Below are positions 20,305-28,993 of a DNA stretch of 64,000 nt, piece after piece (within the stretch, counting starts at the first letter, position 1; each line of letters begins with the position of its first letter). The translations under genes and the position numbers were made by a program. The stretch comes from an uncultured delta proteobacterium (GTDB lineage Bacteria > Desulfobacterota > RBG-13-43-22). Below the pieces are notes generated by a model. That model was not told where the DNA came from and did not search any database. It saw nothing but the letters and a program-made list of their open reading frames with translations. The stretch is taken from the NCBI GenBank assembly GCA_963843145.1, contig CAWJJC010000027.1, positions 1-64,000 of the forward strand, given 5' to 3'.

Positions 20305-20438
20305 GTTGGGGCAGAAAGTTCTTGAGGATAAAGACGAGCTGTGCGAGAAGTGAACTATGCCGCGATTAGCCCGGTTAGAGGCTCCCGGTGTTCTGCACCA
20401 GGTCATCGGCCGGGGGATTGAACGACGAAAGATATTTC
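20302..20438 (+). pseudogene. RAYT2 leader and first ~27 codons
   Basis: MPRLARLEAPGVLHQVIGRGIERRKIF, then junction to a RelE tail snippet. Confidence 0.8.
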
Positions 20439-20610
20439 ATTGGATCCCACGAGGAGGTTTATTAGAAAATGGCGGAACGTTGTCTACTCCATTCAGTGTT
20501 TACCCTTCACCCGCTACGCTCGAGAGCGCTCTCCCGCAGGATGACCCCCTTCAGCGCAAATCCGATATTTCCCTGGCTAGGGGGAATCAAAAAAAGTTTA
20601 ATAATATCAA

Positions 20611-20686
<76 letters not shown>

Positions 20687-20802
20687 TTAATTAATTATTG
20701 TAAATAGTAGCATAACCCCGTCCCAAATAAAAGGGCCAAACCGTGCCCTAAAACGGTCCATTGCCAAACAAACGACTAATCCTTATTTTAAAAAGATCAC
20801 CG

Positions 20803-20961
20803 TTGATAAACTTGCAAAAAGTCCCCCGGGCTGTCATTGCGAGGAGAGAAGCGACGAAGCAATCCCCAAGAATCAGCTAGTTGCCATGGTGGGGATTAGC
20901 TTCCCCCGGATCTAGTCCGGGGTCACAATGACGGGTTTTTCGACTTTTTGCGAAACCATCA
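20803..20961. repeat. MITE/REP-like palindromic element
   Basis: GCAAAAAGTC...GACTTTTTGC ends with internal GTCATTG...CAATGAC. Confidence 0.65.
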
Positions 20962-20994
20962 CCGTTAAAGTGGACAGAAAAGAGGGCGCGGTTC

Positions 20995-21585
20995 ATGGAA
21001 AGACAAGCAGAAACAGCAGAGATAAAGGATAAAACCATTTCGATTCTCGGGATTGCCGGCAGTTTAAGAAAAGACTCTTTTAACAAGGCCCTCTTGCGGG
21101 AGGCGGCAGCCTTGGTACCGGAAGAGGCCAGACTTGAAATCTTTGACCTCGATGGCATTCCGCCCTTTAACCAGGACCTGGAAAGCCAACTCCCGGAGAG
21201 GGTCAAGGAGTTCAAAGAAAAGATTAAGACGGCCGATGCCATTTTGATTGTTACCCCGGAATATAACTACTCCATCCCCGGGGTACTCAAGAATGCCATC
21301 GATTTTGCTTCGCGGCCCCACGGGGATAACGCCTGGAACGGTAAACCGGTGGCCGTTATGGGCGCATCCATAGGCATGCTCGGCACGGCACGGGCTCAAT
21401 ATCACCTCCGGCAGAGCTTTGTCTTTTTGAACATGTACCCATTAAATCAGCCGGAGGTGATGGTACCGTTCGTGGGGCAGAAGATTGACCCCAATGGCCT
21501 GCTGACGGACGACAAAACGAGGGGAAAAATAAGGGAACTGCTTGTCGCTTTGATCGCCTGGACGAGGAAGCTTAAGTCGTCTTAA
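20995..21585 (+). CDS. NADPH-dependent FMN reductase (ChrR/SsuE family)
   Basis: GSLRKDSFN, TPEYNYSIPGVLKNAID, GTARAQYHLRQ. Confidence 0.93.
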   Translation: MERQAETAEIKDKTISILGIAGSLRKDSFNKALLREAAALVPEEARLEIFDLDGIPPFNQDLESQLPERVKEFKEKIKTADAILIVTPEYNYSIPGVLKNAIDFASRPHGDNAWNGKPVAVMGASIGMLGTARAQYHLRQSFVFLNMYPLNQPEVMVPFVGQKIDPNGLLTDDKTRGKIRELLVALIAWTRKLKSS

Positions 21586-21690
21586 GGTAAATGCTGTGTG
21601 CGATCAATTCACCCAGTCGGGACCCCGCTTATGGCCCGCCGCCTCGCCCCATAATTCCTTGAGTCCTTGGTCACGACCGCATCTATAAAG

Positions 21691-21853
21691 GATCTCATAA
21701 TTGTCTGTACATACCACCGACCGTCATCCCCGAGTGTTTTTGTCGGGGATCGAGAATCGTAGCAGATAGAGGCTGGATTCCCGCCCAGAAGCGCTGCGGG
21801 AATGACGATGAGAGAACCTCAAGATAGTCGGTTTTGTTATGAGACCGTTAATA
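21691..21853. repeat. MITE ends enclosing a REP-like double hairpin
   Basis: TCTCATAA...TTATGAGACCGTTAATA with cgtcatccccga...cgggaatgacg. Confidence 0.65.
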
Positions 21854-22025
21854 ATAGTGTTGGTGGTAATCCTCTGCCGGGTAGAAGGCTGAGGCCGGAA
21901 CAATCTCGGTTACAAATAGGTCACTTAAAAGGAGAGATCGATCTGGTTATTCCCCGGTTATTTTCTTTCCCTTAATTCGAGTTGGCGGACCTCGATAGCT
22001 TTTTTGCCGGCAATGAAAAAAAAGC

Positions 22026-22054
22026 TTGACACTACCCCAATAGGTCTTGATAAT
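22026..22054 (+). promoter_or_regulatory. Sigma-70 promoter of the cytochrome operon
   Basis: TTGACA-17-GATAAT. Confidence 0.7.
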
Positions 22055-22122
22055 TCAACGACTATTTGAAAAATTTATTTGGCCGTGCACCCTTTTCGGG
22101 AGGTTGTCCGTGAAAGAAATTT

Positions 22123-22165
22123 AGAAAACCTCAAATCTCGGAGGAGATCTGGGGTTTTCTATTTT
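22123..22165 (+). terminator. Terminator-like hairpin within the 5' leader
   Basis: AGAAAACCTCAAATCTC-GGAG-GAGATCTGGGGTTTTCT followed by ATTTT. Confidence 0.6.
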
Positions 22166-22288
22166 GGGAAATCCGGGGACCTTCTGAAAAGAAGGGAAGA
22201 GAGTTCTTCAACTAAGGGCGGAAGTCGGGGATAAATCCAGGAACATCAAGACGGTCAAGGTCCGGGCCTTGACCGAAAGGGGGAGGCG

Positions 22289-23647
22289 ATGAAGAGAATA
22301 TTTCTGGGAAGTTTCTTTTTGACGGTTTTCTTGGTTTCAATTTTTCCTAAGGATGCGGCGGCCATTCCGGCTTTTGCCCGGAAATACAAAACGGCCTGTA
22401 TGACTTGCCATACTGTCTGGCCGAAACTGTCGGCCGTGGGAGAGGCCTTCCGGATGCTCGGTTACAGGCTGCCCGAGAACGATGAACTCTATGTCAAGGA
22501 TCAGCCGGTCAGTCTGGGGGCGGAGCCCTACAAAAAGCTGTTTCCCAATTCCATCTGGCCCTCCGACATACCCGGGATGCCGCCTCTTTCGATCCGGTCC
22601 ACCGGAGGCGTCAATGTCAACACCGGTGACGCCAATGGAAGCTCATCGAATACCCAGTTTAACTTCCCTGGAGAGGTAGACCTGCTGGGGGCCGGCACCT
22701 TTGGGAAGGACTTCTCTTTCTTTATGAACCTGGCTTTTATTTTCGATTCCGGATCTAACACCACGGAGGGGCAGGCCTGGTTGATGTGGTCGGACCTTTT
22801 CAGTGGAGTTCTCGGCAAACACCACCTGAACATTAAAGCCGGGAATGTGGGCCGGCAATCGATCGCCTTACCCAATTCCCGGGATGAAAATAATTTTACC
22901 ATCAACAGCTACCAGTACCAGGATGTGCTTGCTCTGCAGCCTCAACCCGGTTTCCAGGTCAATGGATTCGGGAGTCGTTGGCGCTACTATGCCGGCCTGG
23001 TGCAGGCCAACACGGACAGCAGTTCTTTGGATTATTACGGTGGTCTGTCTTTCAAAATCGGCGGGTTGGGTTTTGATGGTACCGGGTTGAAATCCGAAGA
23101 GGGCGGGCTGACCACCTCGCCGTCCGGGTTTTGGCGGGACGACTCCATCCTTTTCGGTCTCTTCGGCTATCAGGGGTACACCGGCACGAATGCCGACAGG
23201 GCTACTCGATTTGGAGCGGATGCCCGGGTGAACTACAAAGACCTTTCCCTGGGCGGAGGATATATCAGGCAAAACGCGGATGAGCCTGTTACCCCTCCGA
23301 CGGATACAAGCACGGGCGCAAAAATATTCCCCAATTCAGGGCTACGGAGAATTTCGCTTCTCGACGAACCCTCTACGACGAGTACAACAAAGAATCTCTG
23401 GTTTGTTGAGGGAAACTATTTTATATTTCCCTGGTTGATCCCGTATGCCCGATACGAGGCGCTGACCGTAGACGCCAACGATCAAGATCAAGCCCGAATT
23501 ATTGGCGGTATAGCCTTTTTATTGCGCGCCAATATCAAACTCAACCTGGAATACTTGTACTACACGACAAACCAGCCCAGAGAGGCGGCCGGCCAAAAGC
23601 TTCATGCTGATGATATGATGTCCTTTCAGCTTGATTTTTCTTTTTAG
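22289..23647 (+). CDS. cyc2: Cyc2-like monoheme cytochrome c / outer-membrane beta-barrel fusion
   Basis: Signal peptide, IPAFARKYKTACMTCHTVWPKL..GEAFRMLGY (PxFAR-CxxCH-PxL), amphipathic strands, terminal Phe. Confidence 0.72.
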   Translation: MKRIFLGSFFLTVFLVSIFPKDAAAIPAFARKYKTACMTCHTVWPKLSAVGEAFRMLGYRLPENDELYVKDQPVSLGAEPYKKLFPNSIWPSDIPGMPPLSIRSTGGVNVNTGDANGSSSNTQFNFPGEVDLLGAGTFGKDFSFFMNLAFIFDSGSNTTEGQAWLMWSDLFSGVLGKHHLNIKAGNVGRQSIALPNSRDENNFTINSYQYQDVLALQPQPGFQVNGFGSRWRYYAGLVQANTDSSSLDYYGGLSFKIGGLGFDGTGLKSEEGGLTTSPSGFWRDDSILFGLFGYQGYTGTNADRATRFGADARVNYKDLSLGGGYIRQNADEPVTPPTDTSTGAKIFPNSGLRRISLLDEPSTTSTTKNLWFVEGNYFIFPWLIPYARYEALTVDANDQDQARIIGGIAFLLRANIKLNLEYLYYTTNQPREAAGQKLHADDMMSFQLDFSF

Positions 23648-23683
23648 CGTCCGAGCAGCCTTCTGCTGAAAGAAAGGAATTCC

Positions 23684-24337
23684 ATGGCTAACCCGTTTAA
23701 AAACAGAAGCCTACGTTTATTGGCCGCCGGGATCTTCGCCCTGGCGGTTTGCTTACCGGCCCTGCCGATCCGGGCCCAAGAGACTAAAGGCCATCAATCG
23801 GGAGGGTTCATTAAAGGGGTGGTCAACACCCCTTGGGTGAAACGGTACCCGGCCCTGGTCTACGTGGATCACGTCAAGGGTGAATTTCCCCCTCCCAAAA
23901 AGGAGGCCTTCATGGGTCAGAAGGGCATGGTCTTCACCCCCCATCTTTTGCCCATTCTCAAAGGAACCACGGTCGACTTTACCAATGACGATACCGTGGC
24001 CCACAATGTCTTTGCCCCTCCCGGCTCCGCCACCACTTTTAATCTGGGTCTCTACGGCACGGGCGTCAAAAAGACCGTCAAGTTTGATAATCCGGGTGAG
24101 GTCCCCCTCCTCTGCAATGTCCATCCGGAAATGCTCGGTTATATCATCGTCTTACAAAACCCCTACTTCACCCTTACCGACAATTCCGGGAAATACGAGA
24201 TCAAAAATGTCCCCCCGGGGACCTATAAACTCAAGGTCTGGCATGAGAAGCTCCAAGAGACCTCCAAGGAGGTGGTCGTGGGGGAAGGGAAGACCGTTAC
24301 CGTTGATTTTGAAAAGGATAAATTGAAACAGAGATAG
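23684..24337 (+). CDS. Periplasmic cupredoxin plus carboxypeptidase-regulatory-like domain
   Basis: HNVF...CNVHPEM type-1 Cu ligand set; VPPGTYKLKVWH. Confidence 0.8.
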   Translation: MANPFKNRSLRLLAAGIFALAVCLPALPIRAQETKGHQSGGFIKGVVNTPWVKRYPALVYVDHVKGEFPPPKKEAFMGQKGMVFTPHLLPILKGTTVDFTNDDTVAHNVFAPPGSATTFNLGLYGTGVKKTVKFDNPGEVPLLCNVHPEMLGYIIVLQNPYFTLTDNSGKYEIKNVPPGTYKLKVWHEKLQETSKEVVVGEGKTVTVDFEKDKLKQR

Positions 24338-24350
24338 GGCCAGGGCTTTC

Positions 24351-25154
24351 ATGAGCTTAAGGATGACTAGCGGGAGGAAGGCCAGGCAACTGGTCATTCG
24401 CCTGGGGCTGGTATTAATGATGAGCGGATTGCCGCTGTCTTCCTCCTCGGCCGAGTCGATCAAACTAAAGGAGTATGTGATCCCAGGTAGCACGCTGGAG
24501 GGGAAAACCGAAACGGGGGGAAAGGTTCAGGTCCCCCTGAAAACGATCCAACCCGCCGAGAAAAGCGAGCAGGGAAACCCTCCGGCCGGAAAAAGGGAGG
24601 CACAGCTTTTAGAGAGAATCGATGAACTTCAAAAAAGGATCGAACGGCTTGAAAGAATAATAGAAGGAAGCCGGAAGGTCGATGTTTCACCAACTCCGGG
24701 TCCCGGCCTGGAGAGAAGGCCAGGGGAAGGTCCCGCGCCTTCAAAGACTACGGCCCTTCACGAACAGCTCTTGCTGGAGGAAATGGGCCGGGTGCAAGGA
24801 ATTATTCAATGGCAGGGGAAGCCCCTGGCTAACGGAAAGGTGAGGATCGAGCTCGAGAATTATACGGGTGTCTCACTGGCTTCCGTCAAGAAAATGCTCT
24901 CGGAAGAAGTGAAAGAATCCACCGTCTCCGACCAGGGGATTTTTCTGGCCACGCAAACCGATTCGAAAGGACGGTATGCCTTTGAAAAAGTCCCCCCCGG
25001 GAGTTACCGTTTTTATTGGTGGCCGGACTTTAAAACCGGTTGGGTTCATCGGCTTCGAGAGAAACCCGACTTTGAAGTCCTTTCGGGTAAGCTGACGATC
25101 CAGGACATTCCGGAGAAGCCGACGGTGGTAAAAATCCCCCTGAGGAAACCCTAA
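24351..25154 (+). CDS. Exported protein with coiled coil and carboxypeptidase-regulatory-like domain
   Basis: RIDELQKRIERLE; TDSKGRYAFEKVPPGSYRF. Confidence 0.7.
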   Translation: MSLRMTSGRKARQLVIRLGLVLMMSGLPLSSSSAESIKLKEYVIPGSTLEGKTETGGKVQVPLKTIQPAEKSEQGNPPAGKREAQLLERIDELQKRIERLERIIEGSRKVDVSPTPGPGLERRPGEGPAPSKTTALHEQLLLEEMGRVQGIIQWQGKPLANGKVRIELENYTGVSLASVKKMLSEEVKESTVSDQGIFLATQTDSKGRYAFEKVPPGSYRFYWWPDFKTGWVHRLREKPDFEVLSGKLTIQDIPEKPTVVKIPLRKP

Positions 25155-25157
25155 CGG

Positions 25158-25280
25158 ATGAATGCCCACGAAGAGTACAGTTTTTTCAAAGAAATGCTGA
25201 TTGTCGTCCTCGTAGGGGGGACCCTGGGGGTGTTCTTGCTGGTCCTGGCCGAAATCTTGGTGGCCTTGATCAAGCGATAG
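25158..25280 (+). CDS. 40-aa single-TM protein
   Basis: MNAHEEYSFFKEMLIVVLVGGTLGVFLLVLAEILVALIKR; below ORF-track cutoff. Confidence 0.55.
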   Translation: MNAHEEYSFFKEMLIVVLVGGTLGVFLLVLAEILVALIKR

Positions 25281-25323
25281 CCCCGTTCTCTCGGACCAAC
25301 CTGCGGGGTTTGGAGAATAAGTC

Positions 25324-25782
25324 ATGACCGAAAAGAAGTATACCAGACGGGAAATCTTAAATCAAATCGGCTGGGTGGCGACCTTGGGGAGCTTTGCCGG
25401 CCTCACGGCCGCCTCCGTCCGCTATGTGATTCCCAATGTTCTCTACGAGCCTCCCCTGAACTTCAAGATCAGCAGGCCCGAGGACTATCCGGAGGGCGTG
25501 GACTATATCGATGAGAAAAGGATCTTTGTCCTTCGCCAGGGAAATCTCATTAAGGTCGTCTCGGCCGTTTGCACCCATTTAGGCTGTTCCGTCCAATGGG
25601 CCCCGGAGCGCAATCGCTTTGAGTGTCCCTGTCACGGCAGCCTGTTCAATGCCCGGGGGCAGGTTACCAAAGGACCGGCTCAAAACCCCCTTCCCTGGTA
25701 CGAAGTCACCTTAACCGCGGACGGCAGGCTCCTGGTAGATGAAAGCCGGACGGTTCCTTTTCAACGCACCCTCTCGGTCTAA
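25324..25782 (+). CDS. Rieske [2Fe-2S] subunit
   Basis: Tat motif TRREIL, CTHLGC, CPCHGS. Confidence 0.95.
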   Translation: MTEKKYTRREILNQIGWVATLGSFAGLTAASVRYVIPNVLYEPPLNFKISRPEDYPEGVDYIDEKRIFVLRQGNLIKVVSAVCTHLGCSVQWAPERNRFECPCHGSLFNARGQVTKGPAQNPLPWYEVTLTADGRLLVDESRTVPFQRTLSV

Positions 25783-25821
25783 GGATCAGGCCGTGAATCC
25801 TTTCCAAGGAGAATCCATCCC

Positions 25822-26961
25822 ATGAGAATCGATGCCAGGGATCTCCTCTTCCAGAATCGTTTTTGGAAATCCATCGTCCGAAAAGAGATTCCGGTCAATC
25901 AATGGCTGAGGACCAGGATCCTTGGTCTGGGCCTGATCAACTTTTATCTCTTTATCATCCTGACGATTACCGGGATCCTGTTGATGTTCTATTACACCCC
26001 GGACACGGAAAGGGCCTACCAGGGAATCAAAGATCTGGAATATGTAGCCAGCTTCGGCCTGATCTTCCGCAACATGCATCGTTTTGCCGCTTACCTGATG
26101 CTTATCTCGATCTTTTTGCACATGAGTCGGGTTTTTTATACGGCTGAATATCGGGAACCCAGGGAATTCAATTGGGTGACCGGCCTGCTCCTTTTCCTCT
26201 GTACGGCGGTCATGGCCATAACCGGTTATATCCTGCCTTGGGACCAAAAAGGCTACTGGGCCATGACCATTACCTCCAATGTGGTCACCTCGGCGCCGGT
26301 TATCGGGGAAAAGCTCAAGTATCTGATCCTGGGTGGAAACGAGGTCGGTCAAAACGCCCTGGTCCATGCCTACGGCATGCACGTTAAAATCATCCCCCTG
26401 GTTATCGGATTGGTCATGGGGGTCCATTTCTGGCGGATTCGTAAGGACGATTTTTTGGCCTGGGCCGTCTGGGGCGGACATTTGGATATCAAAGAAGGGG
26501 AGACGGCTCCAACAGCCCAGGGACCGGAGCAGGGATCTTCCCTGTGGCAGGATATCATCGTCCGGGAGCTCAGCAAATTTCTCTTGATCCTGGCCCTGGT
26601 TATGGCGATCTCGCTCCTGTTCAACGCCCCTTTGGAAGAAGGGGCCAACCCCTCGGTAACACCCAGTCCGGTCAAGGCCCCTTGGTTTCTGGTGGGTATG
26701 CAAGAACTCCTGTCCTGGGGAGCCCCCTTCTTTTTCGGTGTCCTGGTTCCCAACGTCATGATTATTCTGATCATCCTGATCCCCTATCTGGATCGGGGCC
26801 GTGAAGGAATCGGGGTCTGGTTTCACCCCAGCCGCCGAAAGGCCAATATCATTTTCACCGCGGTCGTCACGGTGTACTTGGGTCTGATTGTCATCGGGCA
26901 GTTTTTGCGGGGTCCGGGCTGGGTCCTTTACTGGCCCTGGCAGTCCTGGCCCACGCATTGA
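25822..26961 (+). CDS. Cytochrome b (b6 and subunit IV fused)
   Basis: RNMHRF...LHMSRVF, TGYILPWDQKGYWA, MHVKII...VHFWRIRK, KAPWF in place of PEWY. Confidence 0.92.
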   Translation: MRIDARDLLFQNRFWKSIVRKEIPVNQWLRTRILGLGLINFYLFIILTITGILLMFYYTPDTERAYQGIKDLEYVASFGLIFRNMHRFAAYLMLISIFLHMSRVFYTAEYREPREFNWVTGLLLFLCTAVMAITGYILPWDQKGYWAMTITSNVVTSAPVIGEKLKYLILGGNEVGQNALVHAYGMHVKIIPLVIGLVMGVHFWRIRKDDFLAWAVWGGHLDIKEGETAPTAQGPEQGSSLWQDIIVRELSKFLLILALVMAISLLFNAPLEEGANPSVTPSPVKAPWFLVGMQELLSWGAPFFFGVLVPNVMIILIILIPYLDRGREGIGVWFHPSRRKANIIFTAVVTVYLGLIVIGQFLRGPGWVLYWPWQSWPTH

Positions 26962-26985
26962 CTATTTTAGGCCTTTAAAAAGGCG

Positions 26986-28953
26986 GTGGAAATGAAAGAT
27001 ATATTTCAAAGGATCTTTCCCTTTTTGGCTTTATTGGTCTTGCTCCTTTTTATCGGACAGGTTTGGAAAAATTACAATCCCTCTTATCTAACCTATCAGA
27101 AACAATTTAAGTCCCTCCTCCTCCAAAAGGTCACCCAGAAAGGTAAAGGCCCTAACTTTCAATTTGGGGTTCGGCAGCGATGGATTGAAAAACTAAAAAG
27201 GACGGATCGCTGTGAGACTTGTCATCTCGCGATGGAAGACCCGCGGTTTCAAAATGCCCTTCAGCCTTTCCGCTCCCATCCCGACCTGGGTGGGCACGAT
27301 TTCGAAAAAATCGGCTGCACCGTCTGCCACGGGGGACAAGGATTGGCCACCCCTTTGAAGGATGCGCACGGTCCGGTGGAGAATTGGAATCAGGCCATCT
27401 ACCATCAGGACTTTATGGAAAATTCCTGCGGTCTTTGTCACGGCGAGACCCTTCGGGACCAGGCACCGGTTTTGGCCCAAGGACGGACCATCTTTAAGGA
27501 TTACGGCTGCCGGGGCTGCCACCTGGTCAAGGGAAAAGAAAGGACCCTCGTCGGGCCGCCGTTGGATCGGATCAGCCAGTGGGTCAAATCCGATTGGCTC
27601 TATCGCTGGGTCCTGAACCCTAAAGGCTATCTTCCCAAGACCGCCATGCCCAATCCGAAATTCTCTTCCCAGCAGGCAGCGGACGTGGCCGCCTTTCTCT
27701 TCCAAGGCGAACCCCCCCCGGAGGGCAAAGTGGGCGGTTCCACCGAAGAAGGCAAAAAATTATTCAAGGACTCTCGTTGTGTCAGTTGCCATTCCGTTGA
27801 AGGGAGAGGGGGGACCCTGGCCCCTGAACTCAGCAAGATCTCCTCCAAGATGGTTCCGGAACGAATGAGCCGGATTATCAAAAATCCTCATGAGCTCTGG
27901 GCCGCCTCCCGGATGCCGATCTATGGTTTTTCCGATCAGGAAATCCTCAAAATCGTCAACTTTTTAGCGGGAGAATATATCGACCTGAATCTGGATGAGC
28001 GTCAGGTCGCCGCCCAGGCCCGAATGGTTCAGGGGGGCAATAAGCTCCAGGGAAAAGAATTAATAGAAAAACAGGGGTGTACCGCCTGCCATACCAAGAT
28101 CGCAGGTGTAAAGGATCGCGGCGAGATCGGCGTGGAACTGACTACCATCGGGGGGATCCATATCAGCCATCTGGAGTTTGGCCGTGTCCAGGTCACTCCT
28201 CATGATCGCACCGTTCCCAACTGGCTTTACAACAAGATGAAAAACCCCAGGCTCTTCAAAGCAGAGCTAAAGATGCCCGATTACGCCTTCAGCGACCGGG
28301 AAGCCGAAGCCGTAACCACCTATTTATTGGGAATGAAAGGCCAGGAAGTCCCCGCCGCCTATACCCTCCCTTTGGGAGAGAAGCCCTCGACCTACGCTCC
28401 GCAAGGCAAATTTGGCCAGGTACTGGACAAGTACCGCTGTTTTACCTGTCACCAAATCTACGGAAAAGGCGGGGATATGGCCACCGACCTCTCCCAGGAG
28501 GGGAGCCGGGTCAAGAAGACCTGGTTGCAGAAATTCATGAAGGCTCCCGACACCATTCGGCCCATCCTGGTGGAACGCATGCCGCTTTTTAAAATCCAGG
28601 ATTCAGAAATCGAAACGCTTTATGCCTATTTTGGGACTACCCTGGTGGATGACCGGGTTGAGAATTTAACCGGCCGGGCCACTGAGACGGCCAGCCATAA
28701 TACCGCCCTGATCCAGACCGGTAAAGACCTGTACAATAAAAAATACGCCTGCCAGACCTGTCATCAAATCAATCAACAGGGTGGCCTGATCGGACCGGTG
28801 CTGACCAAGGTCGGGGACCGGCTGAGGCTCGAATGGATCCTTTATTATCTACGGGATCCCAAGGCCTTTGTCAAACGCTCGGTTGAGCCGGTCTATAAAT
28901 TGACCGATAAGGAAATCGAGGCCCTGGCGGCCTTTCTGGCCTCTCCCAAATAA
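26986..28953 (+). CDS. Membrane-anchored octaheme cytochrome c
   Basis: 8 CxxCH: CETCH, CTVCH, CGLCH, CRGCH, CVSCH, CTACH, CFTCH, CQTCH. Confidence 0.92.
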   Translation: MEMKDIFQRIFPFLALLVLLLFIGQVWKNYNPSYLTYQKQFKSLLLQKVTQKGKGPNFQFGVRQRWIEKLKRTDRCETCHLAMEDPRFQNALQPFRSHPDLGGHDFEKIGCTVCHGGQGLATPLKDAHGPVENWNQAIYHQDFMENSCGLCHGETLRDQAPVLAQGRTIFKDYGCRGCHLVKGKERTLVGPPLDRISQWVKSDWLYRWVLNPKGYLPKTAMPNPKFSSQQAADVAAFLFQGEPPPEGKVGGSTEEGKKLFKDSRCVSCHSVEGRGGTLAPELSKISSKMVPERMSRIIKNPHELWAASRMPIYGFSDQEILKIVNFLAGEYIDLNLDERQVAAQARMVQGGNKLQGKELIEKQGCTACHTKIAGVKDRGEIGVELTTIGGIHISHLEFGRVQVTPHDRTVPNWLYNKMKNPRLFKAELKMPDYAFSDREAEAVTTYLLGMKGQEVPAAYTLPLGEKPSTYAPQGKFGQVLDKYRCFTCHQIYGKGGDMATDLSQEGSRVKKTWLQKFMKAPDTIRPILVERMPLFKIQDSEIETLYAYFGTTLVDDRVENLTGRATETASHNTALIQTGKDLYNKKYACQTCHQINQQGGLIGPVLTKVGDRLRLEWILYYLRDPKAFVKRSVEPVYKLTDKEIEALAAFLASPK

Positions 28954-28993
28954 CGGCGCTAGGGATCATAGCCGGAGATAAACGCCTGAAGGA

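Noticed and set aside
1177-20496. CRISPR array from recurring ~24-bp motifs
   Set aside because: Motifs are divergent and irregularly spaced by hundreds to thousands of bp; no cas genes.
816-20500. Integron or CALIN
   Set aside because: No tyrosine recombinase, and no RYYYAAC...GTTRRRY attC palindromes found by eye after the cassettes.
22032-22045. CsoR/RcnR-like operator CTACCCCAATAGGT in the promoter spacer
   Set aside because: Only half matches the TACCCC..GGGTA palindrome; too weak without orthologue comparison.
25786-26958. Long antisense ORFs (e.g. 25786-26958, 34899-36239, 6957-7751, 50594-51580)
   Set aside because: Shadow frames of well-supported genes in GC-rich DNA, with no motifs.
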